A stretch of DNA of 62,819 nucleotides, the filler included, from Sphacelaria rigidula (lineage: Eukaryota), in NCBI GenBank assembly GCA_964200075.2. It is 8 parts of 8 records of this genome, joined end to end, with 100 filler letters (N's around TTAATTAATTAA, not from the genome) between each part and the next. Parts side by side here need not be neighbours in the genome. Positions count along the whole stretch, not along the records: positions 31,462 to 39,226 come from CAXNAA020013523.1; positions 39,327 to 47,091 come from CAXNAA020013524.1; positions 47,192 to 54,955 come from CAXNAA020013525.1; 5 more parts are not named here. The stretch is one strand, 5' to 3'. The notes under the pieces are model-generated. The model worked only from the letters and a program-made list of their open reading frames with translations. It did not search any database and was not told where the DNA came from. Shown here in pieces: positions 37,215-49,266 of this stretch. The translations under genes and the position numbers were made by a program. Numbering within the stretch: position 1 is the stretch's first letter; each line of letters opens with the position of its first letter.

Positions 37215-37658
37215 AACACGGGATCTTACAAACTGGGTATGGATATTTTATTGGGGATGAGAAACCCGTAGAATTAAAATCTTCGTATCCACATCAAATC
37301 TTCGAAATATTGTTCTATTTCTCCACCTACTGGTAGCTATTGACAACTGCTACACGCCATAGAAACTTGGATTTCGATCACCGAGGTGTTGGGGTCCTAG
37401 GTGAAAAACCATTTTTGGGGAGTTCCGGGTGTCCGAACGGACACCAAAATGGTTCCGAAATTGTTTTTTCCACCTAGGACCCCAACATTTCGGTGATCGA
37501 GATCCAAATTTCTATGGCGTGTAGCAGTTGTCAATAGCCATCAGTAGGTGAAAAAATTGAACCATATTTCGAAGATTTGGTGTGGATACGAAGATTTAAT
37601 TCTCCGGCTTTCTCATCCCCAATAAAAGACCCTTCCCCAATTTGTAAGATCCCGTGTT
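37215..37658. mobile_element. 444-bp near-complete palindrome (foldback element)
   Basis: AACACGGGATCTTACAAA ... TTTGTAAGATCCCGTGTT; the arms pair up to the central GGTGTCCG-AA-CGGACACC hairpin. Confidence 0.85.
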
Positions 37659-38159
37659 ACGATCGCACACCATCACCAGCATTATGTTTTCTGACCGGCT
37701 CTAGGATCACACACGCCGCATCCGAAAGTCAGGGTGGGTACATCATCTTGCCTGCATTTTCGAGGTGTGATATGGTAGCCTTCTCTGCTTGCTCGATAGA
37801 GAGTTTTGTGTTGCGCATTTGCGTTGAAGCTACCTCATACCGCTGGAACCCCAACAGCTGCTGCTGAACAAGTGGGGGGGGTCTGGCCGTAGATGGCGTG
37901 ATTTCTCGGCGCCAACTGCGCATGACACCGCGGAAGGTGGCTCAAACTATCAGTCTGAGACATGCATGTTCCGTCCTCCGTGTTTACTGCTGCGTTTCAA
38001 GCTCGCGCAGTGCACCGTGGCTCGCCAAAAGCTGAGCATCTGGTCTCCGCACTTTTCCAACGACCGCTATTGTTGTAGGTCGTTTCATGTGGAGTGCAAA
38101 CTTAGATTTGGCGTGTCGCTCTACGGCATCGTCTACACCGGTCTGTACTGACGCTTTTT

Positions 38160-38266
38160 GTCTCTTTTCCTCACACTTTGAACCCCTCCCCTTCCTCGGG
38201 ATGAGTCCATGGTTTCAAGGGATGGACCCATCTCTCCCCCGCTACGCGCCTTTTATTTTGGTCTTC
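38160..38266 (-). mobile_element. 3' fragment of the tRNA-derived SINE
   Basis: CCTCACACTTTGAACCCCTCCCCTTCCTCGGGATGAGTCC... is the reverse complement of ~34965-35060. Confidence 0.75.
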
Positions 38267-38909
38267 GTGCTTCTGAATTCAGCACTAGAGAGCTTTAGAG
38301 CTACTTTTTAGCTAGCAATGCTTTGTCTGGTTTGCATGGGCCGATCGCTGTGCATGCTCGCCACGGCCTTCTACGACAGCGGTGATTAGGGAATGACTAC
38401 AGTGTAGTCTGGTGCACATTCGGTGTGACGTACGTGAGAAAATCGTCGAAACTCAATCATGATAGCAGCCATTGACCTGTAGCCCGTGAGGAAAAGACTC
38501 AGAGGGAAAAAATAGAAGGGAGAAAGAGAGAGGGAAAGTGAGATGCTCTCGCCTATCGAACACTGGAAAATGACGCAAAAAATATTATTGCACCTGACGA
38601 CATCGTTCGCGAAGGGAAACAGCCGCCCTCTGCTCCTTCTCCTCTTCCTGTAACCTTGGCGACAAGCCTGAAGACAAGAAGACATGACACGGAGCAATCA
38701 AAAAGATACATGATTACGGCACACAGCACGGCGAAGGAGGACATATATTCCGCAACAGTTATCGCCGATTGGACACTTGATTCCAGGGGATAACCACGGG
38801 GAGCATGAGCTTGTGATATCTTTGTGTATATGTGTTTTGTTTTGAGTGTAATCGTCATCTTTACGAGAGGAGGACGGAGCAAGTGCTTGGCCGACAACAT
38901 GGTGAGGGG

Positions 38910-39226
38910 AAGGTGGGGGGGGGAGTATACTCATGATCATGCGTGCCATAATCATATGACCATTGACCTCGCATTCCTACAACGCCGGGACGGAGCACGC
39001 CGGGTTTTCGCCGGACCGGGCTCGCACTCAATCACCAAGCGCGAAGCGCCGTGGTGTGTTCGGCAAGTCGCATGAATGGTGAGCTGCATCCAGCTAGGAT
39101 TGTTCGGCCCGAAACCTACTGATTATCTTGCATTTGGATGACAGCTTACAGTGAGTTCCTTCATTTTCTGGTATCGCCGCTTCCAGAGACAGCCATGGCT
39201 TATACACTGCCTCATGGGTGTCTCAC
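38910..39226 (-). mobile_element. Family A SINE-like retroposon, full length
   Basis: Sense sequence GTGAGACACCCATGAGGCAGTG ... GATCATGAGTATACTCCCCCCCCC. Confidence 0.8.
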
Positions 39227-39326
39227 NNNNNNNNNNNNNNNNNNNNNNNNNNNNNNNNNNNNNNNNNNNNTTAATTAATTAANNNNNNNNNNNNNNNNNN
39301 NNNNNNNNNNNNNNNNNNNNNNNNNN
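39227..39326. other. Artificial contig spacer
   Basis: N44-TTAATTAATTAA-N44. Confidence 0.98.
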
Positions 39327-39754
39327 TACTATGTTGAGTCGTGTATTTTCAAACTTGTTTGAAGGTATTGATCGGCGTGTGCAGCAGGTCATCGTATTTT
39401 CCGGAGTGCGTCAAAATTAATATTCATTTTATGTACTACTTCGTGTTTGTACGTGATTCGTTTCTGCAACAAAATATATTTCGACCCGTGGGCAGCGAGG
39501 CCTTTCACCAACCCGCACTTACTACAGCTGTTCTCAGATCACCAAAATAAATGAGGCACGTCTTCTCAGGCAAACAAGACGTTGGGATCCGGTCAAAAGA
39601 AAGAAAACATGCATGCAGAACCTGTACTTCGTACACCACGACCACAATACAGAAAGTAGAATACAGCAACGGAGAAACACGTTTTGTGACGTCAAGTACA
39701 ATTGTCGCCCGCTTCAGTGCACAGCCCTGCAAGCAGTGTTAACTAGAGAAAATC

Positions 39755-40560
39755 CTAAACTCCGCCATCTACGCTTTCCGGGGACACATTTTGGACGATG
39801 GCGTCATCATCAATATCTGCAACTTCTGCCCTCTTCCGAGGGTCCTTCAGCCGAGCAGGAATAGTAGCCTCTACCGCGTCCATCGAGAGGGATTTGACGT
39901 TCATGGGGATGTGGTCTCCAGCTCCTCGCAAGAGCATCAGCATCTCAACGTATGCCGGTAGCATGGAGGATTGCTGACGGTTCACGAGTTTAACGGCCTC
40001 ACCGAAGTCCCGCTCTAGTACCGCCGAGGAAGCAGGCGATGCGAGAACCGCGCGTGCCACACAGGCTACGATCGGGGAGTGCTTCCTGCCGTAGCCTCGC
40101 CAGAAGGCGGCGACTGATTCTCCGTCCGTAACCTTGCCAAACTCCGAAGGAAGCTGAGAGAATAGGTGGGAACACATACAAGCATAACAAATACATATCG
40201 GCGCAGGATACGCATCAAAGACATGACTTGGGGAAATATGGGATGATCTTTGCACCGCAACTGCAAGGGGGATCAAACGAAGCATGCTTTCTTTGAACGT
40301 GAAAAAAATACAATCTATAGACAATATCTGAATCATCCTCCACTGAACGTGTCCAAAGAAAGGCAACAACAGTAACGACGTACATTGGCACGAACAAAAG
40401 CCGGGGTACTTGGAAAAGTTGGGGGAAATCATCACCTTTGCATCCCTGTATTGGTCCATCGCTTTTCGTGCAAGGTCTTGCGAAGGGCGTTCATCTGCTG
40501 TGTCGTCACTCCCGCTGATGTCCTCTGTCGCGGCGTCCAAGAAGAAGTCGGCGCAGTTAT
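39755..40560 (-). pseudogene. hAT transposase C-terminal dimerisation region, two exons (intron 40435-40154); 5' part missing
   Basis: FWRGYGRKHSPIVACVARAVLASPASSAVLERDFG...VEMLMLL fits the hAT dimerisation motif (W...P.LA..A...L..PASS...ER.FS). Splice sites AAG|GTGATG and TTCTCTCAG|. Confidence 0.8.
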
Positions 40561-40784
40561 TGTTTTAGCGAAACACGCATTTTTCTGGGAGACCCGTGAT
40601 TTTTCTCGGAGACCGGTCTATAGCCCAGAAAAATGACAGAGCGTAAAACGACGCAGAAGATCCAAAAGGGCATTTTTTCCAGATTTGAATTTTTGTTTGC
40701 CATAAGAAGCGACCGTAGCAAGCAGTAGTAATGTACCAGTACTGAGTCATGTTATATGCTTCCCCGCCTTTTTTCAAAACGAAA

Positions 40785-42141
40785 ATAACGTGCATGAATA
40801 TCCTATGTCACGTGATTTGGCTAGGTTGGCGGGTATTGCATCACAAAAAACATATACTATGACGAGGTCTGCCGGTGCTATGTTATTGGGTAACTTATGG
40901 TACAGCCGACACTGCCCGCTCTAATAGAATCCTCACGGCAGTTGTACGATAACATTGGCCTACTCTAGCTGTCCGCACATGGCTGTAACACAAAAACACC
41001 CTCGAACGGTTCGGCTCTACAACAACACAACCATGAGCACATAGTCCTATTATTGGTCTCCGCAAAAACAGGAGCACAAAACACAGTGTTATATGGGATA
41101 GCCGGCAAGCGATGGATCAAAGAAGCCACACATATATCGAAAGGAAAACGGCTCAACAAACAGTAGCACTATACCATAAGGGGTGATCAAAGTATCCCAG
41201 TTCAACTAGTACAACGTTGGTATACCCCACGGACCACGGCGGAACAAAGTAACATCATACCATCTCGAACAATATATTACCAATCATACGGAAGTAGAAT
41301 GTTTATGTGCCAACGGGTCGGGTCTCAAGGTAGGAACACAGTATTATATGGGATAACCGACAAGCGGTTAATCGACCGCCAAACATTTGACCGTTTACAG
41401 TTGAAACAATAAGCGACCCAACATGCGCTGAACAAACTGGCAGCCCACTCATAACTGCAGTAACGTGAGTTAGGGCTCAGGTCCAGCAAGGCCTGTGACA
41501 CAGTAATTTCTGTAAAATGCTACGTTATCCGACCCTAAAGCAGAAGAGGTCCGAAATGTGTTATATTTTAGTACCCAATCATCGAGACTCCGCAACATTC
41601 TGTGTGACCAACGGGTGGACATAGCGTTATCAGTTTGTACGTCACTGCCGACCCGCCGGCTACCGCAAAGTTACTGTGTTCGTGTTTTTGTAGAGCCCAA
41701 CAGTAGGAGTGTGTCTTTCTGTTCCTGTTTCGTGGATACCAACTATGGGACTATGTGATCATGGTTGTGTTTTTGTAGAGCCGAACCGTACGGGTGTGGT
41801 TTTATGTTGCTGTTTTTGTGGACGTCAACGATGGGACTATGTGCTCATGTTTGTGTTTTTGTACAGCCGACCCGTACTAGTGTGTTCTTATGTTCCTGCT
41901 TTTGTGGAACCCAACGGTACTAGTATGTTTTTGTGTTACAGCTACCTGCGGACTGGCAGAGTAACACAATATTATCGTAAAACATACTACACTGTCATCA
42001 GAGTGGTGAGTGTCGACTGTAACATAAGTTACCCATTAACATAAGACCAGTAGAACTCGTCGTAGTATATGTTGCTCGTGTTACAATACCCGCCAACCTA
42101 GCCAAATAACGTAACATGAGTAACATATCATACTACGTTAT
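40785..42141. mobile_element. ~1.36-kb non-autonomous element with ~290-bp imperfect TIRs and subterminal tandem repeats (MULE/foldback-like)
   Basis: ATTTGGCTAGGTTGGCGGGTATTG...GGGTAACTTATG mirrored by CATAAGTTACCC...CAATACCCGCCAACCTAGCCAAAT. GTGTTTTTGTAGAGCC-type units repeat at ~41680-41930. Confidence 0.75.
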
Positions 42142-44477
42142 CCGAGGTGTGGAAGGTTTCTTCAGAGCGAATTTTTCAGAGTCAGAGTGCCGTTTGCACC
42201 ACTTCACTCTGAAAACGTTGTTCCTCTTCGAAGTTTATAGCGGAATGAAAAAGAACCACGCCCACCTTCACCGCCATGGTCACGTCCAGTCCAAAGTCAA
42301 TACACCTTAACCAGCAAAGTGGGACATTCCTCGTCCATCAAAACTGCCATACTCGTCACAATGGGCCAATCACAAAGTAGAAACGCTTGGCATCGCAATC
42401 AGAAGACCTCCCTGACGCCGCCATGGTATCAGCATTCGCTCGGTTGTGTTGCGTGAATATTCAAATGCTCGATGTGTGCACGTTGACTTGGGTGCAGCTC
42501 CTCACTCTTGCCAGCCTCAGCTGGAAGAAGACGGTGGAAACGATTCGCAGTCTACAGCGCACAAGTAGTACTACCCCTAGCTGTATTCCCATCCTGTGAG
42601 AGATCATGACGTCTTGCACCACCGTTGTGGGTGGCATGTGGAGAAGTCATCGCAATGCGGCCGAGGTCTGCTGTTTGAAAGTGCTGCGTACCGTACTGTC
42701 TGTACTTTTTTTGTTTTTACAACTGACTCTCTGTACGGTATCGCTGTACAGTACAAAAGTTCATAGCATTGCAACGCACTGTTGTAGGGTTCTGTATTGC
42801 TCTCTGTACTGTACTGTACTCCATGCTGCTCAGAACTATAGCACTACAGCACTACAGTGTCCTGTAGTGCGCCGTAGTGGATTAAGGTACTGCAGGTGCA
42901 TTGACAAAGCGTACAGGGTGTGGTGCGTACGGTGCCGCAGTGTACGGTACAGTCGGTGTTGTGCTGGCCTGCGCACTTCCGAAGTGGGCGCTGGTCGATC
43001 ATACATTTGGCGGGGCAACCTACGGCTAATCACTGCGACAGAACAAAATCACGTCAAGTCACGTCACATCAGCTTCCGCTATGAACTGTTTAGCGTCCAC
43101 TTTGAAGTTTTGAAGCTTCCACTCTGCACTCTGGCTCTATGATAAAACAAATCATCTTCCGAAACTCTCTAATGAAGCTGTAATTCTTCGCATACCTTCA
43201 TAGCCAAGGCCAAGTTATATTCATGAGTTTCAGCAATACACTGCACATCACATTTCCACGACAAGAACAAGACCAGAAGAATACCGCAATGTTCTGCAAT
43301 GCATACTCAATCACGCTAAACGCATCTATCTGCACCACCAATTTTCGTCCAAAGTGCGTCGCATCTTGTAGTGGCAGATAGAGTCAACTATCATGGGCGC
43401 TACCTCACCCAAGTCGCCCAAAATGGCTATTTATTGAGTGTTTCTCCATGTGAAAAAAACAAAATCCTAGGACCACCGGAGGGGGGGTACATACGGTCTT
43501 GGTCAACGTCTTCTTGGGCACTCTCGCACACTCTCACATATTTTCATAAGTAGTAGTGTTTTTCATGATGAGGTAGAGGGCTCCTAACAATTATAACCTC
43601 AGAACATATTTCTGCACCCCTACCGTAGCATTACTCTCGCCGCACATATTGTTGCGCTTGATGTGAAAACTGTGAGCAACGAAAATATCGAGTTTGGCAC
43701 GCCCCATGTGCCACATCGCAGGTGGTACTTCTTTTATTTTGTTTTCAGTCCAAAATGACGAGCCATGTTGCTATGGCAGGGGGTTCACATTAGGGCACAT
43801 ATCTTCCTCATTCAGGGGTGCCTCAAGTTCGGAGGTTCACAAGAACATCGGTCAGGACTTCCCGCTTTCAATATCAGTCGGAGTATCTCTCTAGCTCATT
43901 GGGAATGCTAATCGTCGCGTGCTCGCACATTTCTCAAGTCGTTTTCGGATGATATGGAGGGTTCCCAACAATGCGATCCTCCTACACCTTTTGTGCTCCC
44001 CGTCCGTAGTACCACTTAATTGAATGTACTCACACTCAATTATGGATGCATGTGATCAGGCCTGGATACATGCGAAATGGATATTGTGGTTGGGTTATGA
44101 CATATAGGTGAAGGGGAAATAACAGATACAGTTCTGTTATTAAGGGTATACCCGATTCGTTGGTTGCAGCAAAAATCCGCTGAAGAGGCACACGCCCAAT
44201 CGCGTGGCCAAGGAATTAGGTTCTGACGTGTTGTTTTTCTACATGAATGGCTCTTCATGATTGACCACGCCCCTTTTTGGCAGTGCACTTTTTGGGGTTT
44301 TTACGTTTTGGGTGGAGAGTATAATATACATTTATCAGCAAGGGAATCAATTCAACAACAGAGTTCCCACGACCTTTTCTTACACATAGATCCCAGCGCC
44401 GAGTAGGAGATTCAGCCGTTAGCGATTAGGCTACGCTCCGCACAGGCCACCTGAGGGTTTATTCAGACATAAAGAAG

Positions 44478-47091
44478 ATGGACTCCAAAAATCAAGTAGA
44501 CGACATCATGACCAAGATACAAGACGCCGACCCAGATGCGGTGAGGGAGATACTATCAGGATACATCCAGGAGCAAAAGAAACAGAAACAAGAACTGCGA
44601 CAACAAAGTCAAGCATAGGAAGAGGATCCAGGACTGGGAGCGCGCGCGTCAGCAACAAGAGCTACGCCCCCCCAGCAGCGCATCCGACCTACGACAACAA
44701 CAGCAGCGGTTCAAGACGCACGCCTGCATACACAGGGTCAAGCCCAGATGATACAGTCTGACATTTTGAGGGTACGTTCGCATAACAGTATTGCAGCGTG
44801 GGATGGTACTGCAAAGAGTGGTGAGAAAGTAAGAGAGAAGTTCATGGTTTTCAAGCTACAGATGACAGCGTACTTTAAGCAAGAGATCTGCGAAGGGGCT
44901 CTTTACACATCTTTTCCAATGAGGGTACATTTTGATCATGAGCGGGATTTGATCGAGAGGTTTGGGACCGAGTCGGTGGGGAAGGCCAGCAGAGCATGGA
45001 GCATACTAGTCGAAAACATTACTTTCGCTCCGCTTGTACAACAACTTGTGAGACTGGGAAACCCCAGCGAGGGATGGAAGTACGTTGTAGACTACTACAC
45101 CGTTTCTCCAACCACCGAAAAGGCACAGTTAGGTCATGCATGGCAAACCCTCGATATGAACTTGGGAGAGGACCCCCGTATGTTTCTAGATAAAGCGAAA
45201 TTGATACGGAACAAACGTATTCAAATTGGAGTCGTGATATCAGATGCAGATGCGAATCGGCACTACATACGCCGCTGTTCAAGTGACTTCGACATCGTTT
45301 GTGGTTTATTGCTTGCTTTCGATGAAGTAACAACAGATACCCTGGAGCGCAAGGTGCTGACGGCGCATGGTGAGATGGAACTGGCCAGGAGTAGGGCAGG
45401 CAGGAAATGGGATGGGGATCAGGGCCACGCGCTCGTCACTTCCACTGGGGGTGGCAGAGGTGGGGGCGTGCTGCAACATGGACGACAACAGGGCGGTGAG
45501 AGACGTCGACAGCAGGGTGATGTTTTTTGTCGTTTACAAAATACGAGCCATCACGATGACTCTGAGTGCCACGCACAACGAACCATGCACGCACAAGAAA
45601 GTCGTGGTGATCGTGGTGCGTGGAATGGTGTTCGCCAGCAGCAATACCATAGTACAGACAGTTTTGGAGGTCGTGGGGGTAGTGGACGCGGTAGGATTCT
45701 CACCCAATCACCGCAGCTCACTCAGCAACAACAGCAGCAACCCCAGCAATTTCAGTAGCAAGCGAAACGTGGAGGGCGGGGCGCAGGGCGTGAATTTGGT
45801 CACATGTACGGTGCTTCGGGGCGCGGGGGCGGGAATGCCCACCCCGGCAGCCAACTACCACACTATGACGCCCCGCAAGGTGGATATGACTATTCAGCTT
45901 ATCCTGATGGCTTATACCACCCTGTAGGCAACGAACCCCCCATTCACCACGCCGACCCCCGTAAACGATGCATCACATGCGAAGAACTGGGCCATATGCA
46001 AACGTTTTGCCCGTGGCGTAGAGTAGTGACGCCGCAAGTTGATTCGGGGGAACGTCATGCGCATCCCACCCAGAATCAACCCCGTCACGGAGGACACCAG
46101 CCCCCCCTGGACTCATTCCTACGGATCGATCAACACCGTGCAACTTTACTATGACCAAGGGGGATACGAAGAGAGCAGCCACGACGAACAACCGTGGAAT
46201 GAAACGGATGAAGACGGGTGGGTGTTGGAAGACAGCAGCGACTTCGGCGATGCAGGTTATGCGCACTGTATCCAGTTTCCCCGCAACCCCGCGCAATCCT
46301 CCGCAGCTGCCACCAACTACCAGATCCAGTCATCACCGCAGCAAGGTGAAAATCAACTGGAACACCCTCACCAACTACAGCAGCAACAACAACCTCATCA
46401 TGCCCAACCTTATTCCAACCTGCCTTCCTCCGGTTCAGGTGCATCCTCTGCGCCGCTTCACCTGTGCATGGCACATTCTCTGTCCCAAGGCGAGTCACGT
46501 TTTGAGTTGGGTGATTTTACTTTGGGGGTTGCTTTGCTTAACCAGAGTGGGTCAGGATTTGATGTGGATGATGGTACAGAGGAGTGGATAAGTGATAATG
46601 TTTCTTCACACCATACCACTGGGTCAATGGTTGGTATGTTTGATCTACGCCCCCCCCCCCAAAGGAAATGAGCACGTGATCGTGGGGAACGGAATAATTC
46701 TCCCCGTCAGAGCAGTAGGGAGTTTGAAGCTCAAATTCCACATGGGAAATTTCACCGCCCCGACATCTGTCGGTGCGTCCTCAGAATTTCGCGTGCAATT
46801 TACTGACGTTTACGTACTTGAAGGAATATATTTCAACCTTTTTTCTCTGATCAAGTGCAGAAAAAGCAGGATGTACTCCTGACTGAAACGGGAGTACATA
46901 TGTTTAACGGTCGGCTTCGCTTCGATTGCAATGAGCGGTCTTCGTCACAAAGGGCCACTCGTTGACCGTCAACATATGAGAACCCCCCACTTGCCGTACC
47001 AGCTGTAAGTGTTGTAACTGCCCCTCCCCCAAGCGTTCGTGTCCAGTCCGTTCCTTCGGTGAACGTGGTAACTTCAAATCTTGGAGTACAG
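44478..47091 (+). mobile_element. gag-pol: Decayed Ty1/copia retrotransposon: gag (UBN2-type), zinc knuckle and protease; cut by the contig end
   Basis: AWSILVENI...NPSEGWKYVVDYY...GEDPRMFL (copia gag); CITCEELGHMQTFC (CCHC); EWISDNVSSHHTTG (cf. WIxDSGASxHM); VIVGNGIILPVRAVGSL and VYVLEGIYFNLFS. Stops and frameshifts present. Confidence 0.9.
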
Positions 47092-47191
47092 NNNNNNNNN
47101 NNNNNNNNNNNNNNNNNNNNNNNNNNNNNNNNNNNTTAATTAATTAANNNNNNNNNNNNNNNNNNNNNNNNNNNNNNNNNNNNNNNNNNNN
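47092..47191. other. Artificial contig spacer
   Basis: N44-TTAATTAATTAA-N44. Confidence 0.98.
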
Positions 47192-47597
47192 GGAGCCTCG
47201 TGACGGTGTTCCCTATATCTGTTGTAGAAGAGCTCAGATCGCTCTCAAACTCGCCAGTTCCGTAGGTATTGATGCTCAGAATGGAAAAAATTGTATTCTT
47301 GACAATGTATCATGGTTTCTCCATTCTCTACCGGCTTCTCGGGGTCCCAGTATGAAGACCCCCGGAAGGCGGTACAGAATGCCCTACAAGAAAAACAATG
47401 AAATGATGCGTCCCGGGAGAGTCCGAGGATCACATGTACAAAGTTTGATGGAGAAACTCGAAAACCTCATACATTTTTTCTTGCCTTGACGTCAAATTCA
47501 CCCCAAAAGACGTTTCTATACTAAAACCAAGTAGTTAGGAGTTGCACGTTTCAAGCCCACGTCCTCCACAAACGCGCAAGCTTTCACGCTGTCATTA

Positions 47598-48267
47598 GGA
47601 GTTAGATCCCGAAACTTCGCATGAATATGCTATGTATCATTACGCAACGTTCTACGGACGATGTGTTTTGTACTTGCTTGAGTTTTTCACCGTTTTTCGG
47701 GGGTCCGACGGGATCGACGTCGTTTTTTCGAAGTAGTCCCCATTTTGGGACCCCAGGAAAACGGCATTTTTTTTCGTATTTTCGCGAACTATCTGCCTCC
47801 GCATAACCGAAGGATGGGCTGCACAAATTTTCGTCGCAAACCTCGATCAACTGATGCTTGAATTCCCATGTTCATGTCAAAGAAGGCCCAAAAAACGCCG
47901 TTCTGGTACTAAAATCATGTAGTTTGCGGTTTCACCGCGGCACGGCAAAGTTCATCGCACAAAAGCGGAAAACCTCACGCCACTTCAAGGAGTTCGACCC
48001 TGAAATTTTGTACAACTGTGCTTTGGGTCATTACGCAACTCTGGATGTATGTTTTTTTTTTTTGTTACCGTTCTACGGGGGGGGGCTTTCTACGGGGGTC
48101 CGATTGGGTCGAGGTTTCCCCCAAATAGCTGGGAGCCCCGAAAAAGCGGTGAAAAAAGTAAAAAAGTAAAAAAGTTAAAAAAAAAAGACTTCGAAAGCTG
48201 CGTAATTACCCGTCGAACATTCGTGCAAAATTTCAGGGTCTAACCCCTTCAAACGGCGTGAGGTTTT
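47598..48267. repeat. Direct and inverted subterminal-type repeats
   Basis: AAAACCTCACGCC...GACCCTGAAATTTTG (47969ff) is inverted at CAAAATTTCAGGGTC...GGCGTGAGGTTTT (to 48267). A diverged direct copy starts near 47598. Confidence 0.6.
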
Positions 48268-49266
48268 GTCGATGAGTGTTTTTTGGGTGATCAACGTGAA
48301 CCAGCCTGTAGTACAAGCCTTATTTCTCCCGTGTGCTATTTCACACTCACTGCTTGCTGCTCTATACGAACAGTACGCAACGGCTACCATGTTTGAGCAG
48401 AAGTGTTTGTGTGATTTCCATGTATGCTTCTACCGTACAAGTGAAGCTCGTGTTTGGCGGTGCACGACCTATTCCAACGTATCGCAACACAGTGTAGATT
48501 GCGCCTCCACAGTGTCCATGAGTTCAATTGTTTGTGGGGGTAGAGTGGGAGGACAAGAGGGTACACTGAACGCCGAGATATCTTGTCGTGGTGTATTGAT
48601 GAGCATATCCTGATATGACAGAATGTGGGGCCTCATCGTTGGTGTTTTGCACGATAAGCCGAGGGTCATGGCGTTCGTGATTGCTTAGCGCGGAAGGTGT
48701 GCACGATTGCTCTTTGGTAGGCGCACACGCTTGGATCCACGATGGCGAGTGGTAAACGCCGATAAGTAGATACAGAAGGGTCCTTCGTTCTCTTGACGTG
48801 ATTGCGCGGCAAAGTGCGTAAACGAAGGTCTCTTTCCGCCTTCCTCACCCAACAACAACGTTGGAAATTTGGGTAACTCACGATGATGTATGTGCTTTCT
48901 GACTTCTCCGTGCCGAGTGTTTCGCGGTACAGTACGTATATCCTAGAGACCTGCAGCCTTCACCGAGTCCCTGTTTGATTGCGCCTTTCTCCCTCTCTCT
49001 CTCCCCATCGTCTTCCCCCTCGAACGTGCGCTGCAATTTCTAGCTGTAACCCCCTCCCGTCGCTGATTGCGGTCTCGGCTGTATCGCTCTCTTTCCGTCC
49101 CAACCTCTGGGGAGGCAGGCTGGCGCGGGACAGGGACAGTTGGACTCGCCCATTTGGGCAGGAAGCTGCAATCGCTCGGACGATGGCGTCTTCGAGGTCG
49201 GGGCGGGGGGACAAGAGGCAGAGACAGAGGGCGCATTTCGTGGTGGGGGTGATGACCTCACGGAGA

